DNA from: Octopus vulgaris
Taxonomy: Eukaryota
Length of the DNA: 64,000 nt
Direction: 5' to 3'
NCBI GenBank assembly: GCA_951406725.2
Contig: OX597819.1
Location: forward strand, 8,804,001-8,868,000
Below the pieces are notes generated by a model that saw only the letters and a list, made by a program, of their open reading frames with translations, searched no databases and had not been told where the DNA came from. Position 1 is the stretch's first letter, and each line of letters begins with the position of its first letter. Made by a program: the position numbers and the translations under genes. Shown piece by piece: positions 1 through 13,400 of the stretch.

Positions 1-876
1 GAATTCAGCAACGCCACCTAGCCAAGCAGCTACTCTGTGCCGATAAACAGCAATAACTCAGAAACCGGTCCACAGATGACGCTTTGTGTTGGATGGAGGT
101 GCTGGACTCGCTGTTCGAAAATATAAGGACAAACATTTTGTGTCATATAGCCAGCTGGAAACGATGTTTCCTGGGGCGAAGCAACAGTAACAATCGTCCT
201 ATCTAGGACAGCCACATTATGTTGGCAAATAAAGCAGTAGTAGTAAAAATGCTAAGACAACAATGATTATACTGTATATTAATATTAAACACAACGTTTT
301 AAAAACGTCTAATATGAAGGAAGATGCCCGCTACATTGCTTTGCAAACAACTTGCACATGCAAGTGCTACCATTCGTGAACTCCACATACCGGAAGCCAG
401 CAAGTGTATGGGATCATCAGGAGAGAATGCGCGCCGTTTCGGGGCCTACCTCTCGACGGCATCAATGCGCACCGGACCCCTCACTGATATGAGGCTCCGC
501 TTACTGGTTACCAAATAAAGCTCAATATTCTTCTAACCATCGTTTATCGTCTCTTTTAAACCAAATCCAGTGAATTAGAGGGAAACCACTATGTGGACAC
601 CCTTATGCTAGAAATAGATCCGCTATGGTCTTACCACTAAGAAATGTTCTCAAGAAAAATTTAGCAAAACAACCAAAATGTAATCGAGCAAGACAAAAGA
701 AAAAGCAAGAAAAATATGGATTATCCGCATACATGTTTCACTATTAACATATTACGTAAGTTTACTTACATAAATGTCCGTAGATCATCGGTGCGACCGT
801 CCAGATGAATATAATTAGCAGGACTGCATACTAGGACGCATGCCGATTTTACATATAATCGTGTGCTCCTACGTTT

Positions 877-1110
877 TCACAAGCAATTCTTGTCAAATTT
901 TTGGATATCGGTCATGGTGGCATTCCCTTTACGATGAGTTAGACCGAACGATAACAATAGTCGTCTCACATTGTGTCCAACAAACCCTCTATATCCGACT
1001 TCGATTCGAAAATGCCCCTCTTTCCAGCCTGCGTCTTTACATTCCTTGTGGAGGTTTACATAACAGTCAATCTTTCGAGCCCGAGCGGCGTCCATCTTAA
1101 CTCGATTACA
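877..1110 (-). mobile_element. Decayed C-terminal restriction-like endonuclease of a HERO/NeSL-type non-LTR retrotransposon
   Basis: ORF 877..1314 contains ARARKIDCYVNLHKECKDAGWKEGHFRIEVGYRGFVG, matching the RK..KY..L...C...GW......EVG.RGF motif. Confidence 0.65.
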
Positions 1111-1782
1111 TTCACAACTTTTTTTTCTTTCATACCGCATTAAAATGTCTGATTTTTTCGTAACTGGGATGGAGTCCCTGGCACCCTGGTAAATTTGCAG
1201 TCTCCTCCCAACAGCCGTTCCACTTGCAACATCAACAGCGAGTGAGACAATTCGTGACAATAGAGAGAATATTAAATTGCACAAGAAGTTATGTTTTTTA
1301 CATGCTTGAACCAAATTTCTTCATAGATCTAATGTGGTGCTTAAATTGAGACGGATTTTTCAAGGATCGGACTCGACTTAAGGCACCGATGATCATGGTG
1401 GTCACTTTTTAAAAAAAGTCAAATGGCTTGTTATATAAGGATTTGCAGAAAATTTAAGGTAAAACTTCTAAAGGAATAAACCAATCCTTTTAATATAAGA
1501 CTGTTAAAGCAGAAAAATATGCAACTTGAAAATATTTTCTCATAATAGAAATGTCTATGTAACCGATTCTTTTCGTACACTAGCGTCCTACCTCTAGAAA
1601 TGAGTGTCTGTGTAGAGCTTTAGATTATGTAGTTACCCACCAGTTTAGGTGATGGTGACGCGATAAAGGAAACACCACACAAACATTTGTTTTTTCTCTC
1701 TCCCCACCTCTCATTCCCCCTCTCTCTCTCCCTCTCTCTCCTCTTCTCTCCCTCTCTCTCATACACACATATATACACATAT

Positions 1783-1999
1783 TCTTTTACTCTTTTACTT
1801 GTTTCAGTCATTTGACTGCGGCCATGCTGGAGCACCGCCTTTAATCGAGCAACTCGACCCCGGGACTTATTCTTTTGTAAGCCCAGTACTTATTCTATCG
1901 GTCTCTTTTGCCGAACCGCTTAGTAACGGGGACATAAACACACCAGCATCGGTTGTCAAGCAATGCTAGGGGACAAACACAGACACACAAACACACACA

Positions 2000-2061
<62 letters not shown>

Positions 2062-2227
2062 TACGACGGGCTTCTTTCAGTTTCCGTCTACCAAATCCAC
2101 TCACAAGGCTTTGGTCGGCCCGAGGCTATAGTAGAAGACACTTGCCCAAGGTGCCACGCAGTGGGACTGAACCCGGAACCATGTGGTTGGTAGACAAGCT
2201 ACTTACCACACAGCCACTCCTGCGCCT
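1783..2227 (-). mobile_element. tRNA-derived SINE, family A (CORE-like centre, internal microsatellite)
   Basis: Head aggcgcaggagtggctgtgtggtaag, B-box ggttcagtccc, CORE-like ccttgggcaagtg, tail gactgaaacaagtaaaagag; many near-identical copies in the window. Confidence 0.9.
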
Positions 2228-2465
2228 ATATTAAACTAGATTTATTGGACACCGTTTGCTCTTGATATTAGTGGAGAAAAACTATATTACTTTCCAAATA
2301 TTTTCATAAAATTGTTTAATGTATGATTAACAAAATGACGTCAGAGCTATTATATACCATAAAAACATTAGAAAATAGACAAAAATATTTTGTTTCGTCT
2401 CGCTTCTGTTAGTCTCGTGATATATTGTCTGTATTTTCTATTCAAACACAACATATTGCGCATCA

Positions 2466-2850
2466 TGGGGAGGCGCAATGGCCCAGTGGTTAGGGCAGCG
2501 GACTCGCGGTCGTAGGATCACGGTTTCGATTCCCAGACCAGGCGTTGTGAGTGTTTATTGACCGAAAACACCTAAAAGCTCCACGAGGCTCCGGCAGGGG
2601 ATGGTGGTGATCCCTGCTGTACTCTTTTACCACAACTTTCTCTCACTCTTACTTCCTGTTTCTGTTGTACCTGTATTTCAAAGGGCCAGCCTTGTCACTC
2701 TCTGTGTCACGCTGAATATCCCCGAGAACTACGTTAAGGGTGCACGTGTCTGTGGAGTGCTCAGCCACTTATACGTTAATTTCATGAGCAGCCTGTTCCG
2801 TTGATTCGGATCAACCGGAACCCTCGTCGTCGTAACCGACGGAGTGCTTC
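2466..2850 (+). mobile_element. tRNA(Arg-like)-derived SINE, family B
   Basis: Head ggaggcgcaatggcccagtggttagggcagcggactcgcggtc...ggtttcgattccc with A/B boxes; tail gtaaccgacggagtgcttcc; copies at 33.0, 35.4 and 44.0 kb. Confidence 0.9.
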
Positions 2851-3029
2851 CTTCCATTACGCATCATCTTTCCAGTGTTATCATGTTATCTCACTTGTAT
2901 ACTTTCGCCAGTTTAGACTCCAGGTATCGCTAACACTTTCTTTTACATTTAATCTTTCTTCCTTCCCGCTTTCTGAACACACTCCAACATAAACACAACT
3001 AATTGTAAAGTATAGCTTAATATCTAATA

Positions 3030-3430
3030 CTAGCAGTATCGCCCGGCGTTGCTCGGATTTATAAGGGAAATAACTATATAAGCATTTTTAGAGAGTTATA
3101 GCCAAAAAATAGCAAAAAAATCTATTGAAAATGAGAAAAAAATTATGGTAAATTTTTTCAAATATCGTTGACTCATCGTAGACATTTTTAGAGAGTTACT
3201 TCCCTTATATAATAGCGAAAAAATGCATTAAAATGGAAAAAAATGATGGTAATTTTTTTTTTAAATCGTAGACTCATCGTAGACGCGCGCTAATACCCAG
3301 AAGGGCTCGATATGGATCACGACTATAAGATACCCGGTTTTGGTTACACTGCACCGCAAAATGTGGGAGTAGTTAGGAATCTAAATCGTAGGAGACAGAC
3401 AGCACACAACCTCACTTTTATATATAAAGA
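3030..3430 (-). mobile_element. Non-autonomous Helitron, copy 1
   Basis: Minus strand starts TC(tttatatataaaa), ends with GC-rich hairpin ccgagcaacgccggg then CTAG; inserted between A and T with no TSD. Confidence 0.85.
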
Positions 3431-4199
3431 TATGTGTGTGCGTCTCATTAAATGTAGTTTTTTTCTTTTATTTTAGGTTTTTCTCAGTTTTTTTCTTAGT
3501 TTCTTTTCCAGTTAGTTGGAAACAATAATGTTCCTAAATTCCTCACCAACGTTTGAATATATTTCAATATATTTGCCGTTTGTGTTGTTTCTTATATACT
3601 GGTTGGATTCATGGATACATTCCTGCCAAAAGGCTTTTGACCGTTAACTCCAAACGTAATTAATTATTGACTTGTTTGTCGCAGTCGCCACGTATTAATT
3701 TTTTGATGCGTGTTTATTTTGATATTGTATTACGATAAGAGTACGGCAGACTGGCCAAATCTTACGACCTTGCCGATTTTACTTATAATCGTGTGCTCCC
3801 ACGTTTTCACAAGTAATTTCTCACGCTTTCTCCATAGAGAAATCGATATCGAATGGATGTGCTTTGGTAGTATCATGCTAGCTTGAACACTTTTGATACA
3901 GCTGTAAAAAGATTTTAAAATCTTGTCAAATTTGCTGCGAAAGACGGTGCAGGAAAGACTGTTCTGCATTGTTAGGAAGAATAAGTCAGACAGTCGTTCT
4001 AAGTTGGCTCTAGTGGGTCCACTTTCTACTATTCTGACAGTGAAATCTCAGTATCCAGAGTCTACAACACCATGTTTCAATTTTAAGTCCGACATAGAAT
4101 TGCTAATGAAATAGGCAGCTATTAGTTATAATAAGCACATGGTTCTGCTATTTATGTTCTTGATTAATTCTGTTATTTATGCTCTAGCTTTGAGTTATA

Positions 4200-4600
4200 T
4201 CTTTATATATAAAAGTAAGGTTGTGTGCTGTCTGTCTCCTACGATTTAGATTCCTAACTACTCCCACATTTTGCGGGGCAGTTTAACCAAAAGCGGGTAT
4301 CTTATAGTCGTGATTCATATCGAGCCCTTCTGGGTATTAGCGCGCGTCTACGATGAGTCGACGATTTTAAAAAAAATTACCATCATTTTTTTCCATTTTA
4401 ATGCATTTTTTTCGCTATTATATAAGGGAAGTAACTCTCTAAAAATGTCTACGATGAGTCAACGATTTAAAAAAAAATTTACCATAATTTTTTTTCCATT
4501 TTTAATGCATTTTTTTGCTATTTTTTGGCTTTAACTCTCTAAAAATACTTATATAGTTATTACCCTTACAAACCCGAGCAACGCCGGGCGATACCTCTAG
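4200..4600 (+). mobile_element. Non-autonomous Helitron, copy 2
   Basis: a|TCtttatatataaaag ... cccgagcaacgccgggcgatacctCTAG|t. Confidence 0.85.
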
Positions 4601-5267
4601 TTTATAATATAATAATTTCTTTTCAAAAACAATATTAATAAATCTCTTTAAGAACTACATTTTTGTTCACTGTAGATATCACATGACATTGAATCCCAAT
4701 TGCACTTACACTAAAACCGGCTCTGCTAGGAAATTTGCTGGTATCTCACTATTTTTTAATCATTTCTCATTACATTTCCTTGCTCCAAGTTCGAATTCGC
4801 TTAACTTTTGACATTTGAGGCTCAGCAAGTCTGTATGGCTTTCCTAATTAATCTGTTTTATGGGAAATTTTATAAAGTATTTAAGTATTCGCCTGTATTA
4901 GTTTTCTATTTAATTTTGTTTAGTAGTATGTGATATAAGGTTTCATAAAAGCCTCTTATAAGTGCATGGTGAGCTTACTGGAGGTTGTTGTACTAGTATG
5001 TCCAATGTAATAGCTAGACTGTTGGAATTTGCAGCTTCCAGTTACACTACAAATTTATAGATTGATCATTTGTAGCTTGTTCTCGAGTTTACATGTTATT
5101 GTGTGCTATTGAGAAGGAAGTTTCTACTCTCGGTAAGGTTTGTTAGTATATTATTAGCTTGTTTTTATAGTTAGATGGGATGCATTTTGTGTTCTGGTTT
5201 ACGAAGGATTTGATTATGCGCTCGAAGTTTTTATACATTTGGTTTATAAAATATGTTTTATGTGTGA

Positions 5268-5570
5268 CTAGCAGTATCGCCCGGCGTTGCTCGGATTTGT
5301 AAGGGAAATAACTATATAAGCATTTTTAGAGAGTTATAGCTAAAAAATGCATTAAAAATGGAAAAAAATGATGGTAAATTTTTTTTTAAATCGTTGACTC
5401 ATCGTAGACATTTTTAGAGAGTTACTTCCCTTATATAATAGCGAAAAAAATGCATTAAAATGGAAAAAAATGATGGTAATTTTTTTTTAAATCGTAGACT
5501 CATCGTAGACGCGCGCTAATACCCAGAAGGGCTCGATATGAATCACGACTATAAGATACCCGGTTTTGGT
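5268..5570 (-). mobile_element. Non-autonomous Helitron, copy 3 (5'-truncated, spacer of the inverted duplication)
   Basis: Starts ctagcagtatcgcccggcgttgctcgg and breaks off at cggttttggt. Confidence 0.8.
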
Positions 5571-6213
5571 ATAAAATGTATAAAAACTTCGAGCGCATAA
5601 TCAAATCCTTCGTAAACCAGAACACAAAATGCATCCCATCTAACTATAAACACAAGCTAATAATATACTAACAAACCTTACCGAGAGTAGAAACTTCCTT
5701 CCCAATAACACACAATAACATGTAAACTCGAGAACAAGCTACAAATGATCAATCTATAAATTTGTAGTGTAACTGGAAGCTGCAAATTCCAACACTCTAG
5801 CTATTACATTGGACATACTAGTACAACAACCTCCAGTAAGCTCACCATGCACTTATAAGAGGCTTTTATGAAACCTTATATCACATACTACTAAACAAAA
5901 TTAAATAGAAAACTAATACAGGCGAATACTTAAATACTTTATAAAATTTCCCATAAAACAGATTAATTAGGAAAGCCATACAGACTTGCTGAGCCTCAAA
6001 TGTCAAAAGTTAAGCGAATTCGAACTTGGAGCAAGGAAATGTAATGAGAAATGATTAAAAAATAGTGAGATACCAGCAAATTTCCTAGCAGAGCCGGTTT
6101 TAGTGTAAGTGCAATTGGGATTCAATGTCATGTGATATCTACAGTGAACAAAAATGTAGTTCTTAAAGAGATTTATTAATATTGTTTTTGAAAAGAAATT
6201 ATTATATTATAAA

Positions 6214-6608
6214 CTAGAGGTATCGCCCGGCGTTGCTCGGGTTTGTAAGGGTAATAACTATATAAGTATTTTTAGAGAGTTAAAGCCAAAAAATAGCAAA
6301 AAAATGCATTAAAAATGGAAAAAAAATTATGGTAAATTTTTTTTTAAATCGTTGACTCATCGTAGACATTTTTAGAGAGTTACTTCCCTTATATAATAGC
6401 GAAAAAATGCATTAAAATGGAAAAAAATGATGGTAATTTTTTTAAAATCGTAGACTCATCGTAGACGCGCGCTAATACCCAGAAGGGCTCGATATGAATC
6501 ACGACTATAAGATACCCGCTTTTGGTTAAACTGCACCGCAAAATGTGGGAGTAGTTAGGAATCTAAATCGTAGGAGACAGAACACAACTTGACTTTTATA
6601 TATAAAGA
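6214..6608 (-). mobile_element. Non-autonomous Helitron, copy 4
   Basis: ctagaggtatcgcccggcg ... ttttatatataaaga|t. Confidence 0.85.
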
Positions 6609-6699
6609 TTTGTATAATTTTATTAAGTTTATTTTAAGTTTTACTGAGTTTATTTTATTTATTTCTCTGGGGTATTGTGTGTGCATTGTGAATGTTTTG

Positions 6700-7080
6700 T
6701 AAGGAGTGATTTTTACCACTGGACCTAAGAGACATTCACATTCTCTATGTAATTACATACACTGGTTTGAATCTTTGGAGTATACCGACTGCTTTTTTAG
6801 ATTTGTGTATTTATGTCTAGAAATGGAGTCTCATATGTATTATTCTAGACGTTAAATTTTTGTACGGAATTATCTAATAAGCTTTTCTTTAGTATCTCAA
6901 TTTCCGCTAATATATCCCGTTTTAGCTACTATACCATCTACACATTCAGGTATCTGGTATATCTATGTGTTTATGTTTTTGGCATTATTCTGTTCTCTAA
7001 AATGGATAAGTACAATGCCGGAAAAATAAGTTTATCCTCTTCTGAGTTTCCCTCAGAATTGTTTTCTCAGGTTCTTCACA
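6700..7080 (-). pseudogene. Highly decayed Penelope-like RT fragment
   Basis: Hand translation of the minus strand gives TPFLDI and VYSKDSNQCM*LHRECEC, resembling the PLE PFLD / Y.K.T....YLH..S.HP region; many stops and frameshifts. Confidence 0.4.
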
Positions 7081-7118
7081 TTGTTCGTATATAATGCATG
7101 TAGTGTTCTGTATAGTGC

Positions 7119-7122
<4 letters not shown>

Positions 7123-7207
<85 letters not shown>

Positions 7208-7215
7208 CGTGCGTG
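7123..7215. repeat. (GT)n microsatellite
   Basis: Direct inspection. Confidence 0.95.
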
Positions 7216-7719
7216 TTCAAAGAAAGAATAACAGAGAATATCAGGTATGAAACAATTGGATACAATGTCTTGTTGAGTTGAGTTGTTTCCTGGATGGTTT
7301 CCCTCTGTTTCAAGTTAGAAAGTTAGTTTCTCTAAGCGAAACCTAGCATTAGACCATTAATCCATATTGGCAATTTGTATATAATTTATTATATGTGCAT
7401 CAAGGAGCAGCGATAAACTGTTAGAACGTTGATTCTGAGATGCAAGTTCGAAACCAGCCGGGCTTTGCTCTCTCTCCTCTTACTCGCTAATTTCCTCAGC
7501 TTTCAATAACCAACAGAAGAATGTTCTCCGTTAACTTATTCTTCGTATCTTTTTGAAGGTTTAGAAAGAAATTTATAATTTGAATCTCTGTTATTGATGT
7601 TGCCGATGACTAGGGCAATTAGTCTATTTTATATGTAATCAAGGCGAGTGGTGTATAATTGTGAAATTTTTATGGAACAATTTACACCCTAAGTTCCGCT
7701 ATATTAAGATGTAGCTGTC

Positions 7720-8128
7720 TTTACTCTTTTTTACTCTTTTACTTGTTTCAGTCATTTGACTGCGGCCATGCTGGAGCACCGCCTTTACTCGAGCAACTCG
7801 ACCCCGGGACTTATTCCTTTGTAAGCCCAGTACTTATTCTATCGGTCTCTTTTGCCGAACCGCTTAGTAACGGGGACATAAACACACCAGCATCAGTTGT
7901 CAAGCAATGCTAGGGGGACAAACACAGACACAAAAAAACACATGCATATATATATACATATATACAACGGGCTTCTTTCAGTTTCCGTCTACCAAATCCA
8001 CTCACAAGGCTTTGGTCGGCCCGAGGCTATAGTAGAAGACACCTGCCCAAGGTGCCACGCAGTGGGATTGAACCCGGAACCATGTGGCTGGTAAACAAGC
8101 TACTTACCACACAACCACTCCTGCGCCT
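7720..8128 (-). mobile_element. SINE family A
   Basis: Near-identical to 1783-2227. Confidence 0.9.
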
Positions 8129-9244
8129 ATTTATACTTCTACGATACATTGACCAGAAATACGACCCATCTGTTCATTGATTGCATACAATAAAATTTCA
8201 AATGTACCTCGGTGGAATCTGAGCTGAGTTACTCGATGAACTAAAAGTTGTTTCTCTGTTATTTTCCCCGTGGTATTCCAAGCAAAATATTGACAAAATC
8301 GTCATCGACCAGCTATCTCACCATTCTATCCAAGGAAAGGAACTTCCACAAGATTTAAGTTCACCCTCTTCTGGTGAAAAAAATAAAATCTATCACTTTT
8401 GCTTTGGAACGTAGCGTTGATACCATTTTTTTTGTTGCTTTTTTTGTTCCTTTTTTACCACTAGTTCCAAGAAAGAAAAAAATAGAAACGCCATTATCTT
8501 CTTTTATCAACTTTTCTCTGTTATTTTTTCTTTGATTATTATATCTTGGGAATGCAAATCAATCTTGCAAAAGAAGTGCTATAGGGGAATACAAAAAAAT
8601 ACAATACAAAACAAAACCGTAAGCACGTTACGAATCTCTGATATGAGGAGCAGTAAGAAATGTGCTGACGTGTGTTTGACATCGGCACGCAACACATCAC
8701 ATGCTTGTCACATCCGGGGGCTCAGAGGGATGGAGCCGTTAACAGTTCAAACAGTAAAAAACACTAGAAATGACCACAACTTTGTGGTTTTTGCACTTAG
8801 GAGTCTTTGGATTTTCGTTTGCTGCAATTCTTGAAGAACAAAGAGGAGATAAAAGTTTATTGAAAACTTAGTCAGAAATGTAACCAAGGCGCGAGATTAT
8901 ATTTTAGGCCGGTGGTACTTATGGATGATATGAATAACTGATCGATATAGCGTTACTGTTGTTGTTGTTGTTGTTGTTATCGGTGGTGGTGGTGGTGGTG
9001 GTGGTGGTGGTGGTACGTCGGGGGCATTCACGCACGAGTGTTCAGTAGATAACGCTTTCGGCTCTCTAGTTGCTGCATTGAATATCACATTTCAAAAGTA
9101 CGTTGCTTTATTATATTTACTTAGGACAGCTAGTTAATCAAACTTCGTCTAAGAACCTTGTCAGGATAGTTAAAGAACAATTGGTTATTTGCATACACAT
9201 ACACATATTCATACATATATATGTATGTATTTATAAAAACACAC

Positions 9245-9431
<187 letters not shown>

Positions 9432-11141
9432 TGTATATCTTGTCTATATTTGTCTTGTCTCTGATAGAAGCTGTATATTAATAATTTGTTTCTGTTGCTT
9501 ACAACTCAACACACAGTGAGCAAATGGCAGCATTAGACAATAAATGATACTATAAATTCAATGTTTTGCTAAGAAATTCTGATTATACAGAAACATAGCT
9601 ACAGTTGCCCTCCGTTCTTGCCGGAGTAGTTAGATTATGATTTTAATCGTTGACTGATAATGCCTTTTCATAGCCACATAATTATTCTCAATTACCTTCT
9701 GTGTGAATGTTATAATTTGTCATTTTGGGATGCCATTTCACAACATAAGCAATATGTAGCATCTACAAAAAAAGAATTGAAACCGTATCATGCATTCGAC
9801 TCTCTGAAACCGTATTTCTAATCTGTGATAAAACCATACAATTTATTTATCACTTTGGCATATATTCACAAATTCATAAGTAAAAATGGGATGTTGTGAC
9901 TTTCATGCCTTTTCTTGTGATTAAGTTATATAAAGAGAGCGAAATTGGCTACGTTCCCTTCAATATTCAACACATTATTAACCAATAAAATGGCAACAGA
10001 ATTTAATAGCAAAAGGAGCCTTTGACAAGATATACAGTGTATGAGCTTTGGGACTTCTTCCATTTGAAACAATTAGACTTAACACTTTGAGTGTGTAGGT
10101 TTTAGCACAGTAGCAAATATTAAATATGCATTGGCGAATCACCTCTTAGAAGTATCATACACAACTCTGTCAAAATGTTACCAAATACACTGAAAATTGA
10201 TTAGCATATTATTTGCACTCTGATATATAATGAATAAATATATCAATTTATAATGAATGTTTCATGTTTCTATGTTCATATGCTAGCACACTTGACATCA
10301 ACGTATGTAAGTATCCATGTACACATGTATGTATACAAATACGTCTTTTATAAATGTATATGTATATGTATTTATGCATGTATTCATGGATCTATATACG
10401 GACGTATGCATCACTGAATTATAAGTACGAAAGTACATGTGTACGCATTTACGTCACTATGTTTGTCTTTGTGTAGGCCGGTGCCTCTCTTTGTCTGTCT
10501 GTGTTTGTCAGTATGTATGATTGTGTGAAATAGTTGTATGAATAAATTTATGTATGAACTTTTCAATATTTATTGTAACAATCTTCAAGACAAGAGACTT
10601 ATACTTAATTGAATAATAAAACCTGCTATGATTAGACTCCAGTACAAGTCAAACTCCTCAAAGATTTTACATATTGTGACAGCTTAAGTCATTGACTGGT
10701 GCAATGATACCAATGAGAGTAAAGTTCTAGAAAGTTATTCACTTGCTCACGAACCGAACGAAGCCAAGTTCAAATTCTGCTATAAACATCAAGTTAAACT
10801 GCCTTTATTCTGAAAATCAGAAAATAAGTAGTATCGATAAGCTAAATAAATAATAACATGACTGATGGCGTAGTTGTTGTTTAGTTGCAATTAAGCTCTG
10901 CTTCAGGAGATCTGTTATCGGAAGCATCCTAGACGAGGCCATTCCTTAAATTTTTTTGCTATGTATCGAGACTGTATTCTCTGATGTGGATCCGTTTTCT
11001 AGACAGTACCGTGTATGATCAGTGACATATTTGCCTGCTATCTATAGCAGATCAAGCGACTATATAGTAGTTTCTCGCTAACTCGTCATTAGCTAATCGT
11101 TCTCTAAGATATGTCTCTTCACCATTTTAGTTTATTTGCAA

Positions 11142-11440
11142 CTAGCAGTATCGCCCGGCGTTGCTCGGGTTTGTAAGGGAAATAACTATATAAGCATTTG
11201 TAGAGAGTTACTTCCCTTATATAAACCGAGCGAAAATGCATTAAAAATGCGGAAAAATTATGGTAATTTTTTTTTAAATCGTAGACTCATCGTAGACGCG
11301 CGCTAATACCCAGAAGGGCTCGATATGAATCACGACTATAAGATACCCGCTTTGGGTTCAACTGCACTGCAAAATATGGGAGTAGTTAGGAATCTAAATC
11401 GTAGGAGACAGACACACAACTTCACTTTTATATATAAAGA
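11142..11440 (-). mobile_element. Non-autonomous Helitron, copy 5 (shorter internal variant)
   Basis: Same CTAG/hairpin and TC termini, A|T target, one fewer internal sub-repeat. Confidence 0.85.
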
Positions 11441-12994
11441 TTTCCGTTCCGTACAGTATTGGACTGACATGCAATACAATACAACAATAAGCAGTTTTCT
11501 GCGAGACGTTTTTCTACAAGGAGTGTCTATTGGCATCTAGTTAGATCTTTCACCATTTTTAGGAAAGGAACAATTTTAAGTGATTTACCACGAAATACTT
11601 TTCACAGCGTAACATAACCGATTCGGAGAGTGGGAAAAAGAATGGGAAAAACTGAGAGAGTTTCTAACATAGAACACGGAGAACCATAACAACTATCTCC
11701 TAGTATCCAATCCAGCTCCCTAATGACTCTGCCAATACGTCATATTTCTTCCGTATACAACATTCACAAAACTTGTGATAGATTTCAAAATTTTGCACGA
11801 ATTAAAAGAGCCAGTGAAAGATATTTGAGTTACCTGAAATTATATCCGTTATGTATTCACTGCAACATAGTTTCAACATCCAGTTGAAGTCAATTAGCTT
11901 CACTTCACAGCTAACGCGGTACAAATGTCAAAATATGGCATAGTTCTTCCCCTAAAAGCATAACTAGTTTTAATGCCTAATCGTGTAACATAATGCTGAC
12001 TCAGTTTTTTGTCGGCGTTCTTAAAATCCAAATAATGATTTCATGAAAGGACACGAAGAATAGTCTGTGTATTTGAAATAAAAGCGAAATCTCCCCTAAA
12101 TCACACTTTACCATCTCCAAAAATTTTTTTTAAAAGGACACGTTAAACAATGTAGCTTCAGATATCTCTAAAATGACGTGATGGTTACAGTCAGAACGCT
12201 TTTGATTAAAGATTTCTTATATCAGAGTTAAACAGGGCTAAACAACGACAACAATATACTAAAATAGTTGTTTATACTGAAATAGTCTTTACGGGAAACA
12301 TTTCATCTCGGAAGTAACAGCTCTATAGAGAGAATCCGTTCCAAAGACATAAAAACCAGCAAGATCCAGGAATTGACTAATTCCTGCTAATTTCCACAGA
12401 AATAGTGATATTGACAGACTATTTCTCAAGGGAGAAAAAAGTATGGACAGCCTTCAAGTGTTACATGACATTACTAAGACAGCCCCTGCTAAACAGCAGC
12501 AAAAATAAAAACATCAGTCAAATAGTCAAAAATAGGGAACAACATCCCAAGGATCGCTCGCTTCTCAGAAACTTGCAGATGACCACTTACATAAATCTGG
12601 AATTGGGGGACTCGTATATCTCATCAAGACGTGGAAGAGAAGCACTCTACATACCACAAAAGGGTCACACTCAGACATGTTACCCGCAAACTAGAGAAGA
12701 ATGACGATACAACTTTTAATATAACCTCTCTCGGACTTGCAATTGCTAAACCAAGTTACGTTTTAAAGGAAATGCTTTTGCTGGATAGGAGACAGGTACG
12801 TTTTTTTAAGCTTTGTACTTATTCTATTGGATTTTTTTGCTGAGCCGCTAGGTTACGGGGAGAGAATCAAATAAACTGTTGTGAAGCGGTAATGGAGGAC
12901 AAAGACAAATATAATGATACATACTCATACACAAACACACACACATATACATACACACACACACACACAAAGACACACACACATATATATATAT

Positions 12995-13400
12995 AGGCGC
13001 AGAAGTGGCTGTGTGGTAAGTAGCTTGTTTACCAACCACATATTTCCGGGTTCAGTCCCACTGCGTGGCATCTTGGGCAAGTGTCTTCTACTATAGTCTC
13101 GGGCCGACCAAAGCCTTGTGAGTGGATTTGGTAGACGGAAACTGAAAGAAGCCCGTCGTATATATGTATATATATATATGTATGTGTGTGTGTTTGTGTG
13201 TCTGTGTTTGTCCCCCTAGCATTGCTTGACAGCCGATGCTGGTGTGTTTATGTCCCCGTCACTTAGCGGTTCGGCAAAAGAGACCGATAGAATAAGTACT
13301 GGGCTTACAAAGAATAAGTCCTGGGGTCGAGTTGCTCGATTAAAGGCGGTGCTCCAGCATGGCCGCAGTCAAAATGACTGAAACAAGTAAAAAGAGAGAA
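12995..13400 (+). mobile_element. SINE family A
   Basis: aggcgcagaagtggctgtgtggtaag ... gactgaaacaagtaaaaagag. Confidence 0.9.

Larger units (their letters stand above)
4200..6608. repeat. ~1.04 kb inverted duplication (arms ~4200-5245 and ~5573-6608)
   Basis: gcgctcgaagtttttatacattt (~5218-5240) is the reverse complement of aaatgtataaaaacttcgagcgc (~5574-5596); identity continues out to the Helitron 5' ends. Confidence 0.92.

Noticed and set aside
428-472. Minus-strand tgcgc a TTGATGC...GAAA cg GC gcgca HHR-like trace
   Set aside because: Core positions 8-9 and the UH site are wrong, and stem II is poor
30-518. Short ORFs with Cys clusters (DDCYCC on minus, TCTCKCY on plus) suggesting Cys-rich peptides
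   Set aside because: Opposite strands, no consistent exon structure, and Cys codons are common by chance in this composition
1953-2234. Recurrent peptides such as QIHSQGFGRPEAIVEDTCPRCHAVGLNPEPCGW, suggesting a gene family
   Set aside because: Antisense translation of SINE family A copies
2466-2545. tRNA-like heads (also in families A and C) as tRNA genes
   Set aside because: They continue into SINE bodies and lack a proper acceptor stem and cloverleaf
12405-12704. ORF with REALYI resembling a GIY-YIG C-terminus
   Set aside because: Only one short motif, which is insufficient
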